Assembly (NCBI GenBank): GCA_036172245.1
Contig: JAYWIR010000022.1
Location: 1,240,001 to 1,304,000, forward strand
DNA: 64,000 bases
DNA from: Raillietiella orientalis
Taxonomy: Eukaryota
Direction of reading: 5' to 3'
Position 1 is the first letter of the stretch; the number at the start of each line of letters is the position of its first letter. The translations under genes were made by a program, and so were the position numbers. Below are positions 42,094 to 54,030 of the stretch, piece after piece. The notes below the pieces were generated by a model, which was not told the DNA's origin, ran no database searches, and was given only the letters and a program-made list of their open reading frames with translations.

Positions 42094-42500
42094 GCTCTGA
42101 GAAGATGGCGAATGTCTTCCTGGATTCCAAAGCTGAAATGCAAGTGCTCACACATAGGCGTATCGTATACACGCATGCACCCATTACTGATAATCAAATG
42201 GAACTGCATGTTTGGCAGATAATATCGTTGGTCTGTGACAGCCATACAGGAAAAGGCCATCAAGCTTGACTGTTGATACTCTGGAATTCAGGTTTATTAC
42301 AGGGAGCACCCCGCGTATCAACAGTCAAGCTTGATGGCCTTTTCCTGTATGGCTGTCACAGACCAACGATATTGTCTGCCAAACATGCAGTCCCATTTGA
42401 TTATCAGTAATGGGTGCATGCGTGTATACGATACGCCTATGTGTGAGCACTTGCATTTCAGCTTTGGAATCCAGGAAGACATTCGCCATCTTCTCAGAGC
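42094..42500. repeat. Long inverted repeat (foldback): 186-bp arms at 42094-42279 and 42315-42500, 35-nt loop
   Basis: Direct comparison shows the arms are reverse complements with 2 mismatches. The ORF track shows the same peptide on opposite strands (41961-42263 minus and 42331-42549 plus). Confidence 0.97.
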
Positions 42501-44716
42501 TGAAATCGCACTTCGACTGCATCCAAAACATAATATGGAAGCATGCTGAAGAGATCAAAGGCCATACCATGGTTTGTAGGAATTGAACTTCCACTGGGGG
42601 CCGTCAAGTAACAACTATCAAGGAAGGGGTGTGTAAAATCGTGTTCAGTAGAAATTGAACCGGAAAATTATTGCTCATTGAGTACCAAAGCAGTCAGGGG
42701 TATGAGATGTCATCGACAAATAAGCACCATGGACCGACCGAGCAGCTTTTTCCGGTCAATCTCAGATGGATGCTTCCCTTGTGTGTGTTTTTTAGTGTTT
42801 TGTAAAATCTATATAGCGAATAAGCAATGTGAATTGTTCGGTAAATACTTGAAAGCTTTCAATATTTTTTAACCAATGCACTGCGTACAAATGCGAGGGA
42901 GTGACGGTGTAAAGTTCCTCGAAATTCTCGCAGTACACCGTGGCCGTCAAATCACGCATTGGACAGCTGCAGATTTCAGATCGGAATGAAAAATGATTGC
43001 TGCTGTATTTGCAGAAGAGACTTTGCGGAACAAATCTGCTATTGTGGTGGTTCTTCCGGGGTCAAGTAACCGAGTAAATAGATTCGAATGCCGAACTTTC
43101 GGGGAAGTCGACTGTAATCCTTCCAGATCTTGGATTCGAAACTCGAAAGCTTGAAGACACAAGTTTCTGCACCCCATGCGGATCTAGTTGTAGTCGATGG
43201 GAATCCGGGAAAACTTCGGTTAAGCTGAAGAGAATGAGATGTGCCATCATGCGCTCAAATTACATATATGACATTAAAGTTTAACTTTTGTTACAATTTA
43301 ACTCCAGCCTATGCGCCGTGGGTTCGAAACCGGTGGTATATCTTGTGTACTCAGGACAAGCAGGCTCAGGGAAAGTACACGCATGAATGATCTGCGAGAT
43401 TCAGAGAACAGTTTTGATAGAAACTTTTTTTTTCTCAAAAAAAAGAAAAAAGCTCCGAGGTCCTGCTGCTGCAAGAACTGCTGCTTGCAAGGTTATTAAT
43501 GTGTAGTTGTATTGAAACGGGTCAAGTTTCGAAACAGGACGCGGAAGATATATCCTATGTTTGCTTATTTGTTTCACCGGTGAAGAGTAGGCAAATATCA
43601 CGGGAAAAAATTAAAAGCAAAAGTAAGAAAGGAGAGACACAAAAAGATGATTGAAACTCGGAAGTCTTCCACTTCGGCCTGAGGGCGTGAAATGATGAGA
43701 AAATGGAAAGAAAAAAAAACCATCCGATGCAAAAGGCAGAGAGAGACGATGGTGCGTACTTTTGAAGACGCAAGGATCGTACAAGTTCCACCTGCGGAGA
43801 AATTGGATAGCGCCGAATCCACACGTCAAACGTGGGCGAAGCGAAAAACTCGGACTTGTATTTTGTACAAGTCGGACTGCTCAACGTGCTCCGGAAATGC
43901 TTTGGACGGATGGTTGATGTAATGTACTGAATAGTAGCCGAATAAAGGTTTTGCACCAGAAGTCATTCATCCGGTTGAGAATACGACGAAACGAAATTCA
44001 ACATGGCAGGAAGTGAATTTAGCATTGGTGGCCACGGAGAGAGGATGGGTAGGTGGACCATGAGAGGAAAACATTCGCGAAAGCAAATTGTCGCGGTTCA
44101 GATTTTTTCTGTGAGGGCTGAGGTCGAGCTGATCCTTGGGTGAATGGGACACTCGAGATTCTTCTGTTTCTCTTCTTTTTTTTTTTTTTTTGGAGGGGGG
44201 GAGGATCGGCATTTTCAGCTTTTCCATGAAGATGTCGCTTTATTCAAAAGACCATTTGCACAGAGGTGCTTTAAATACGAGCCACAAATTGATGTGTTTA
44301 CTGTTTCCAAATTGAAAGCCAAAGAAAAGTGTTCAGCGTTGTGATCCTATTGTTCTGTTTTGTGATTCCAGATCCAATTCCTTCAATCAAACTGGCTGCT
44401 ATAACCTTTCCTCTCATTCACGCCTTGACGCCTTGATCACTCGGAGAAAAACAGCATAAATAAAGTTTCATTAGGTGTATTTGTATGGTTGCATATTATT
44501 CGACATAGTAAGATCACATTATTAGCAATATTCAGCTACATCCATTCGCTGACTGCATTGATCTTCTTACTGCACTACACTTCTTGGATTAATTGACTTT
44601 GTTTACAATATTCGAAACACAACGGTACTACCGAGATGGTCACACGAACACCTCTTCTTCTTCTGACTGCCTCAATAAGAAAATATCTAATATGGTGGAA
44701 TTCTTGGATTCTACAG

Positions 44717-45063
44717 TTAACAGATGTTCATTATTCTCGTAAAGATCAGTTTACTACACAAGTATTTTATTATCTTCAATATGGTAAGTTTACGTCTGGG
44801 CGGCGGGCGGAGGGGAGGCACGTTCCAGGAATTCCCGGTATTCCAGGTGTTACCGGTGTTACCGGTATTTTGGGTAGCATGGGTTGCTTTTTTTGGTGGT
44901 TCCGTCGTGCTAACTGTAAAGATGGGTTTTGGGGAACTAGAGTTGGAGGCTGAAAAAGCAGCAATCTTAAGTGAGGAGCAGCTGTTCGAAACTCCACCAG
45001 GAATTGAATTCATTTTGGTTTCAAAATCATCAGAGACGGCTGTGAACTTGAGTAACCGGGTCC
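44717..45063 (-). CDS. NAGA: NAGA probable last coding exon: final beta-strand plus low-complexity tail
   Basis: Acceptor tgtgttttag|, phase 1, gives GTRLLKFTAV (compare human GLA PTGTVLLQL). The frame continues SDDFETKMNSIPGG...STTEPPKKATHATQNTGNTGNTWNTGNSWNVPPLRPPPRR... to TAA at 44717-44719. A weak donor (C|gtaaac, 44793) could end the exon earlier. Confidence 0.65.
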
Positions 45064-48000
45064 CTAAAACACATTTTTTTTAAAAAAAAAAAGAAATGAA
45101 ATACAATGCAGTTTTGCCTAAAATTATAGCAAAAGAATAAAGGCAGGAAGAATCCTTGAATTTCTTAAGACACATATGCAGGATAACAGGAACATTCCTT
45201 CTTGAGTTTGCTCGAACAAAAGTGCATGGTGGGATATACCGGGGTACTTATAAGTGGGCAGACTCGCCATTTGTTCATTAAAAAGTTTTCAATCGTGCAG
45301 AACATGATGTAGAACTGTACCATCACACGAAAAAAGGATGTGAAAAAAAGTCGGAATCGTTGATGTCGATCCCGACACTAAGAGTTCACCGGCCCATTCA
45401 TCTTTCAGCCCTCCGTCACATTTGCTTCGATCAGCAGCCACAAGGCATTATACAGCAAAACGAAACTTTGAGGTTCACCGAATTGCTACGTACACTAAAC
45501 GGGACATGGGTACAGATTCTTCTCGACACTATGCAAGATGCCAAAACATACTTTGAAGAAACAGTTCATCCACGCCATTTCACGACATTTCATCTTCACA
45601 CTTCATTCCGGTTTCCTAGTTGCTGGGATGCAGGCTCTCGACGAAGACTTTAGAGAGTTTAGAAACAGTCTTGAAACTGGTGGAAAAAACACGAGGAATT
45701 TTAACAGTGGTGCAAACAAAATAGAAGTGACTGCTAAGCTATTGAGTTCTGTGTGGCGTCAAGGAACTCTGCAAACCCTGAAACACCTTTTTCGAAGTTT
45801 TAATCTGCCGAATCCAGCTCATGTACAATGTTTTCCCGGAAAAGCAAACAAGTCCAAAGAGTACATATGGGTTGATGAAGAAATTACGCCCCGGAACACC
45901 TGAAGAGTCTGCTGCTGTGGAATCCCGACTGGCACTCTATAAATCGTGAAATCCATCCAGTCTGCAAACGGGGAGCCAGCAATCTGGATCATTACTCCTC
46001 TACTTGCTTTACGCAACCGGCGTGGCTACCGGAGCTGCAGTAAGCTTGCTTGGAAAATTTCGATCCCGTGAACACGAAGTGTATCACACATGGAAATAAA
46101 TAGTGAATTGTGAGTACTGAATTTTGTGCTTTGGGGCGACGCTCTCGAGACAACGACCCTTGCTTGTAAGGTGATACTGCAGGAAAAAAGGGCCATGTTC
46201 TTCTACAGGTCATTATGCATACAACAGGTTTGAGAAAAAATGACAGCTTCGAGAAATGGAGTACTCAGATTTTGGCTTTTTTTCTCAAACTACCATCGAA
46301 AAGAATTTGCAGTGCGAGTCCAACTGAAATGGGAAGCGTCCGAAAGCTGAAACTGATGAATGCTGTCTCCAGAGGAAAAAAAAGGAAAGGAAAATTTCGA
46401 AATGGTTTGAAATCATCCATCAATTCACTTTGACTTCTTCCATCGCGCTCTCTATTAGTGGGAAGAAACGGCGTTGCAAACCTCGCAAAAAAGAAAAAAT
46501 CAGTTGTCGAACTCCGTCCAACCCTTTTTTTTTAACACTCCAACGGGAACTCCAAAAGGAACCAGAGTTATTCCCGTGAACCCAGAAAGATGCGTAGAAT
46601 TTGAACTCATCGGCAGCATCGATGGAACGGACACAAACCTGCCCACAGGCAGTTTTGCGGATAAAGGAAATTGATGTATCTTAAGTAGCCTTTCTTAGGC
46701 ACTATTCCTTAAGCGTGTTCTTTGAAACTCCATTCTTTGGAAGATCAGCGTCACGAAACAAATGTGAAAAGGAATTTTCGGTTACTTCTGGGATGTGTTT
46801 TTCGAGGAACGTCTCATGAAAAGGAGAGATTCTTGTGCGTAGAGGATCTCTGCAAGCCTCCCAAACACGAAAAATTTGGAAATGATTCGGTGAAATGATT
46901 GTCATGGAAAAACTCGGATATCCCTGACAAAGGTGTTTTCAGGTGTTTGACCAATCCAAATCGACAAATTCGCTTCTTTTCAAAGTTAAGGAGAGGACTT
47001 TCCCAGTCTCTTTTTCCAAAAATCTTGTAAAATCTGCCCGTGAAAAGGAGCACACTAACCAAAGGTACCATGACCAAAAGTGTGCCTTGATGGAACTCGT
47101 GCGCTTAAGGACCTATCTAACCCCGAGAATTTCTCGATCCTTATTCTATAATGTACACTATGAATCCAAATCGTGTGACAAAACTCCGCACAAAAGCACT
47201 TTTTCTCCTTGCTTTCCCCCTTCAATAATAAGTAAATAAACAGATGAAAAAATCTTCCAGCCAACGAAAGAAAGAAACTCGTCATCAAGTCAAAACAACT
47301 TGAAATGGACCCATGGACGGAAATCCTTCCTCTTCGGAACTCTCTGAGAACTTGCGCTCTATTATTTTTTGTTTGCTCCAATTCTCGCATCGCGATATTT
47401 GCACTCCTCACGTTAGCATGGCACTTCATGTTGGCATCACAGCAGTGGAACAGCCTTGTGTTCTCCGATTATCAAACACACGAGGTATGTTTCATCATCC
47501 ACGAAGCATATCCGACAAAGTCACGGTCGATTACGTAAATTCTGGGTTTCCCATCTCTGTGAAAAGATCCATTTGCTAAGAGCATGATTGTAATAACTTA
47601 GGTACGAGAGATGCTGAGATCACCATCATGTCCGTGTGTAAATACTAAGACTCAACGTTTCCAGGAGATTCTTCTAGGGTGCTGCCATCATGAGAGAACA
47701 GAACTGGCTTTCATTGTTCTGTCAGCTCATGCTTCATGCGAGATGCTTTTAAGAAGAAAGCGATTCAGTAATTACAAGCCATCTCAGCTCCTATCAAGTG
47801 GTCTGAAATCTGATGACTGGTTTTTAGTTCTAGATATGGAATGTAGACGTCACAAGAAGATGTAAATTGTGCATTCGCTTCTTCATCCCCAAATGCCTTT
47901 TGTAGCTAAGAGGCGAACTGCGCGAAAAAAATCGAAAGGGAAGACCAATTGGAAAGCCTGAAGAATTTTCTTTACAAATTCCCGATTTCCCAGTTGACAG

Positions 48001-48311
48001 AAAAGCAAAAATTGGCATTCCATCGTGAAAGACCAAAGTGGATATTCACGAAACGTGCACAGTGCACTCATGTAAGAAGTGTCTGCGTACCGTACATGCT
48101 CAAGCACACAGTAAACGCGACCTCTTAAGGAAAAAGTATTTGAACACGTGGATGCGCACATGACCTTCCGTGGCTACATCACTGCAAGAACTCACAGGAA
48201 TAAATAGATCACACTGAGCCACAAAAGTAACGCAGTGTGGTTTCTTGTTTCATGTGCACGAATCTGTGCCCACAGTTTACATTGCACACCCCAATATAAA
48301 TAAGTATTCAC

Positions 48312-48384
48312 CTGTAGGTACGATCTCGATGGCCAAGGAATCGTCTTTATGCACGAAACCGCAATTTTCATGTTGATGAAGATC
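48312..48384 (-). CDS. NAGA: NAGA exon (C-terminal beta-sandwich); absent from the ORF track
   Basis: Manual translation. Acceptor cctcattttcag| and donor G|gtgaat. Encodes DLHQHENCGFVHKDDSLAIEIVPT(G), matching the DL...G...V.P(S/T)G ending of GH27 domain 2. Phase 0 to 1. Confidence 0.8.
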
Positions 48385-49400
48385 CTGAAAATGAGGAAAA
48401 TATGAATGAATTACAAATGAATGAATAGAAAATATATCTCACGTACTCTTTTCAAGTCCTTACTCTTAAAATAGTAATTATTAAAAGGCAATAAAACAGA
48501 TACATTCTTGCCAAAAGCATTCCCAAATAAACATGCAATATTTACAGTTTCGAAAATGCTCTCTCATCCTTCAGTATATTATGCATATATGGGGATGCGA
48601 TTATAAACATGCACGCACACACACATACGTATAGTTCACAAATTCATGTATGATGTGCACTCCGGAACATCATTTGTTGTTGCACGTCTTTTTCAAAAAA
48701 TCTGGATTAAAGCACGATGGTTACAATAAAAAATTGCAACAGCTGCCTTTATGAGTGATAGAATTCCTACAGCAGCAGCTTTCATCCAAAGTTTTTATGG
48801 TATGTCTGTTTGTTCGTTCCTTCGTTTCTTACCAGACACCCCAGCATCCCAGTACTTCAGAAACGGCAAAAGGAACCACGTGCCAATACAGGAAATTCAT
48901 GAGCGAATGGCGACAGATCCGAGAGCAAAAATCCACTTTTCAAATCCCTTTTCTTACTCATTTGCCATTTAATTTCACTTTAACTTGAAGAATTAGATAA
49001 GAACGCTAAATGGCAATGTATTTTGAACGCCATCATCTTGCTGGTTTGGAATATTTTCCGAAATCGAAGACGAAAGACTCGACTTTTACCTTGGGTTTCA
49101 TACCGGCATATCAACAGGCCTTTCTCTTAGACGGTGCACCAGTGTTAAGACTGTTACAAGATTATCGGATCTGAACACAGAATGATGCTTGAGCTGATAA
49201 TTGCACCTTAAAATTTGGTTCTTCTCGTGAAGATGAAGACGGTGTAGTCGTTTAAATAAGCACTAGGATTTTTTACTTATAAGAACAAAACAACAAAAAC
49301 ATGGGTTCAAAGTCAAAGGGATTAAAGTGATATTTGACGAATGTGCACCTGTAGATAAAGTCCAGTGTTTGCTCAAAACGAATTAGTGCCAAACGAATTA

Positions 49401-49480
49401 GGCCCGCGTCGGAGGCCGTGTGGTTACGGTGGTCTCTGCGCGTGGCAGCCATGAGTCGTGGGTTCGAATACTCCGAAGGA
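49401..49480 (+). mobile_element. tRNA-derived SINE-like head (Pol III A-box and B-box)
   Basis: Abrupt GC-rich start in an AT-rich intron. A-box-like aggccgtgtggtta near 49413 and B-box-like ggttcgaatac at 49461. No complete cloverleaf, so it is not called as a tRNA. Confidence 0.45.
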
Positions 49481-49604
49481 ATCGGAGCAGTGAGTCGTGG
49501 GTTCCGAGGGTTCACCCCACAGGATGATGCTGGTTGACCTACATTCATCCGGGTGCAGCACTGGTAGCGGTTGAAACCGGATGCCCCCGATGAGGGCAGG
49601 GACA

Positions 49605-50090
49605 AATCGGAGTTGACCCCCGGGTCCTTCCAGGAATCACGGAGTGGGAGCTCCCCTCCGGTTGTGAAGGAGCGGACCTCCATTCCGGAGGGACCCTCTG
49701 GAATGGGCATTAGGTGTGTCTCCACCACCTCTCCAGAGAGTGCAAAGAAGCGAGCCCATCCCTTCGAGGAAGCTGCGTCCTTCTGAATTTCGGGTTCTCT
49801 TCAGAGGAGTAAACAGGAGCGGATCTCTTGCGGGGAATCCTTCCAAAGAAGAAATTCCAGGTTCGGATCCTTTCCGGGTTCCCTTCAGAGAAGAAAAAAT
49901 GGAGTGGACCCCTCCGGGGTCCTCCGGAGAGGATAAGGAAGGAGGATTCCCTTCGGGATTCCCCTTCGGAGACAACCAGGGTAGAAGTGATCTCCATTTC
50001 CAGGGATCCCTCCCCAGGCGTGAGAGAAACGGACTCCGAGTCCTTCCTGGATTCAAAAGGCGGACCCCTCCCGGGATGCTCCCTATCTTG
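49605..50090. repeat. Degenerate GC-rich minisatellite, ~40-45-bp unit, roughly 10 copies
   Basis: Recurrent motif ggag(c/t)gga-cccctcc-gggg(a/t)ccct-cc(g/a)ga, for example ggagcggacctccattccggagggaccctctgg, ggagtggacccctccggggtcctccggag and ggcggacccctcccgggatgctccc. Confidence 0.6.
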
Positions 50091-51024
50091 AAGAATTACC
50101 CACCCTCGGGCTGGCCTGGAACCGTGTCGAAGAACTGCCAAGACAGAAAAGAAGGATTTCCATCATTAGGGATAAGTTGTGTTTCCATATTGTGATTAAT
50201 CATATGAAATATGCATATATTCAAGCACTTTAATCTTTCAAAACTATCAACTCGAAAATCACTTCAAGTGCATATGTCATCAGAGTGAACGAAATCATAA
50301 TAGCGAATAGAATAGCAACAACATGATCACAAATTCTGTTCAGATACGTCAATTGCGTACTGGTCTTCGTGATAATGAAGAGTGCAAACCGACTCCCTTC
50401 TTTAATGAACTGTCATCACAGCTCATACAGACAACACAGTTCAGAATATAAGTACGAAAGAGGTGTAAAAAGCAGTCCTGCCATCAACGCTGCGTATGCA
50501 AGAGCGTATCGTATACAGTGCTTCCTTCGAAGGTAACGATCCTTGGTAGCGAAATAAGTGTACGGCCGTACTCGCGTTGCTTTTGCCATTGCAAGGCATC
50601 GACAAAAAGCAACCCCCATAACCAAAACTCCTCCAGAGAGAGCAAAACACCAACACAAACGCGAAAAGAATTTTCCCTCATTATTTACAAAACGTGGAAA
50701 ATTGTATGATCAACATGACCAAAGAGAAATTACATCTAATAGAATGGGGCTTATAGAAATCAGGAGGAGGAACAGAGATTAGTCCTTGGAATCTTGGAAT
50801 TCCACAATACTCAACAGCTATCGATGATGATGCACTTCAGAAGGGAACCAGAGAGGAAGCAAAGGAGAAAATAACCAAATATCCTTTGCTCCATGAAGAT
50901 TTTTCCTCGGGAAATAGGTTAAGATTGAAATGGAAGATTGCGAATCTTGTTTATGCAAAACTTTCCGATGATGGGAGTTGGATCCTCGGAATATAAAGAG
51001 ATATTTCAAGATTTCATGATGGAC

Positions 51025-51835
51025 AAAAGCCTTTTAGCTGAGAAACACCAGAATAAGATTATGAGGCCACACCTTCATTGATGGACAAATGTGATATGGA
51101 ACGGAGTCTTTAAAACGGAATTCAGAATTGAGATCCGAAAATGTGTTTGACATGAGGAGACTTTTCTTTCTACCATTTTATAATAGGTAGGTAGGCACAG
51201 GAGAGTTTCGTTAGATTTATGGAAACGAATGTTAGGATGGAATCTTTTTCTAACAGCTGAAAGCTAATTGATGCAATGATGCACACTGGAGAAAACCCGA
51301 TGCAGACAGAGAGGAACCCGAAGTAACACAGTCATGAGATCAAAGAACTTCGGATGTGCAAAAAAAAAAAAAAAAAACATAGATGTTCATTTATCTGCCA
51401 TATAAAAATATGATCCAAGCAAAACAAATACAACAAATGACAACGTGGGGAACACTTGATGCAGGAATGCCAACTCATTTTAGTTTATTTAATAATGGAT
51501 CTAATGTTTGTAGGTATCACTGTGGAAAGAGGACAGAATGCGAGGAAAAACTCCGAATAAATGCAATTACTCATTGGAAAAGAACGAAAAGTGTCATGAA
51601 AGGGCATCACTGATTCGAATTGCCACGAACGGCGCTCATCATGCTCACGATTACCAGAGACGTGAAAATCTGTAATAACCGATTTATTGCTTTATCGATT
51701 ATTTCGTGTGAGAATCACAGAAATGGACAGCCTCTTTCATCTTCACATTCCGAATTGTGCAAATAATTAAATGTATATACATTTAATGAAAAGCCTTTTA
51801 GCTGAGAAACACCAGAATAAGATTATGAGGCCACA
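51025..51835. repeat. Pair of perfect 47-bp direct repeats (51025-51071 and 51789-51835)
   Basis: aaaagccttttagctgagaaacaccagaataagattatgaggccaca occurs twice, separated by 717 bp. Confidence 0.92.
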
Positions 51836-52257
51836 AGATTATGATTGTGCTGTTGAACTGTGCTCAATCAGAGTGGTTAAGAACGCATTAAACTCCAACA
51901 GGATCTGCTTTAAAAGCCCAGCCGCGAGGAGACCGAATGCCTCTGGTCATTCCGATTGTCCTCTGGAATAAAAACGCTTCAGCCATGTAAAATTTGGGTG
52001 TTTGGTTACTTATCAGCAGCCAGCATTATGGAGTAAATAATGTCTCTTTAGGGAAATTAAAACTCCCACAAAGTTTACCCGGAGCACCTCGATTCCGTGA
52101 GAGGAGCACAACTTGTTTACGATGGAATTCGGAAATCTTAGTATATCATCCCGACGAACATCATCATGCCACACAGATCACACGTTAGAAAGAGTTCGCG
52201 AAATGGTTTTAGGGGAAGTCGGAAATATGACAAAAAGATCCATTTGCATACACCTAC

Positions 52258-52422
52258 GCGGATCAAGTATCCAAAAGAACTATTTAAACCAAATTGGCCT
52301 GGTGTGGAATACAGCAGAACCCCTGGTCCACCAATTTCATTGCTGTGGAAACCAACTGCATAAGACCACTCCTTGTCGACGACTGGATTTACAGGGCGAA
52401 CCCAGATTTCTACGGAAGATAC
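52258..52422 (-). CDS. NAGA: NAGA exon (C-terminal beta-sandwich); absent from the ORF track
   Basis: Manual translation. Acceptor tttcacttctag| and donor |gtaggt. Encodes VSSVEIWVRPVNPVVDKEWSYAVGFHSNEIGGPGVLLYSTPGQFGLNSSFGYLIR, matching the GH27 domain-2 pattern EIW.RP...SYAV.F. 165 nt, phase 0 to 0. Confidence 0.88.
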
Positions 52423-52829
52423 CTAGAAGTGAAACGCAAATTAGAACTGCAGATCTCACCACTTCACGTTCTTGGTTCATAAAATGGAAGGAAAACTGTA
52501 AAAGTTATCGACTAGTAAAATGATATTTCTGTTCTCTTTTAGATATCCTATTTATTACTTTTAATAGGCAAATAGGTGGATACTCAGTTTGATTATCGAT
52601 TTTTTTTTTTTTTGACTAGAAGGTGATTTGACAGTCTCAAAGCGATATAATTAGTTCCAATGAAAAGGTAGGTTTTAAATTAATTGTATCTAGCCAATTT
52701 TTAATACTTGAAGAATAAGCGATGGAGAAGATTATCCAGAAAAGGAGTTTGTTTTTCAATTTCATATCGTGATAGCAACCGGAAAATTTCACGGATACTT
52801 GAGTTCTCTATTGTAAATGCAATACTTAC

Positions 52830-53027
52830 AGTTATTACTCGCTTACCCTGGATACCCGAAGGATCTTGATTCACAGCTATTACTTCTCTGTTTGTTAGAA
52901 TTTCTTTCATTCGAGGAGACATGGACCTCAAATCATTGGACATGATAAGCGGTGCCGCTAAGATTGCCCAAATAGCCATTTGGGTACGAGACTGCTCTTC
53001 GCTACATCCAAAGTTGCCGATTACCAA
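52830..53027 (-). CDS. NAGA: NAGA exon (end of TIM barrel)
   Basis: Acceptor ttttacttag| and donor |gtaagt. Encodes [66 protein letters not shown]. 198 nt, phase 0 to 0. Confidence 0.95.
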
Positions 53028-54030
53028 CTAAGTAAAAGATGAAATAAACAGTAAAAAAAAATAACGCCAGTAAATGCTTCCACCTTTACCAGAGACGGTA
53101 ATAGGTAGCCGCGATATAATATAGTAAATGCGGTCAAGTCAAATAGTTCAGGAAGGGAACGAGGTATTTGCATAACACGTTCAGTCAGGGTTATTTAAAA
53201 CACTCACCGGTAAAGTTTCCAGAGAAATCCAGGAAAGAAACTCCTTATAAGAAAATGGAGAATAGACTGCGAGTAAACAAAACCGCAGATATTGAGGATG
53301 CGTTTGGTTTCCAGGGAAACCTTAAGGAAAAACCTGAAGGATAAGTGAAGAAGTGGGCAGATGGATAAAAGGAACCCAGCTCTGAACCTCAATGATTGCA
53401 AACTGGTGAGAGTGTTGGGCGGAACACACCCATGAAATTGAAGCAACGAGTGTTTAGGAAAAGATGGGACAAAAAAAGTACTCAAGGGACTAAAAAGTCC
53501 AATCAGGAAAAAGACACAGACATTACACAACTTGGTAAAAGGATTTTTCGTCTGCTGTAAAACAAGAAACATGAAAATTCTCAGCAAAACTTCACCTGCT
53601 TATGATATACTGAAAATGTCTTTGACATTGAGAAATTCCTCCTCGTAAGTACAAAATTATTCTCGCAATTTTGAAATTGAGGATTTTTAAATGAAAGGAA
53701 TGTAAACACTCGAATCGAAGGCTTTGTATATACACTGTTTTTTGACTGAATGTGGTGGTTGCAAAAAACTGCCCATGATTCTGATAGTCAGATGTCCAGA
53801 GAGCAGACTGAACTCCATTTGTTCATCTCTGGGCATCAGTTTCTCAAAAGTGTAAACACACATCTTAAGCATAATTACGCTACCAAAAGTAACTCAGTGA
53901 TTACCAAAAAACGATAAATTTATGGGAGTTGTTCACTCGACATGTGGAAGAAAAAAGAAAAAACGAAGGTTTCTAAAACATTCTATAAAGTACTGTTCCG
54001 AAAATAAAAATCCGTAGGTTGGAAAAATGT

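Noticed and set aside
43310..43335. B-box-like gggttcgaaacc (also near 35475) as tRNA genes
   Set aside because: No cloverleaf or convincing A-box; at most these are SINE remnants.
50416..50658. Hydrophobic minus-strand ORF as an alternative NAGA terminal or transmembrane exon
   Set aside because: Weak acceptor and no GH27 similarity; the 48312-48384 exon continues the fold properly.
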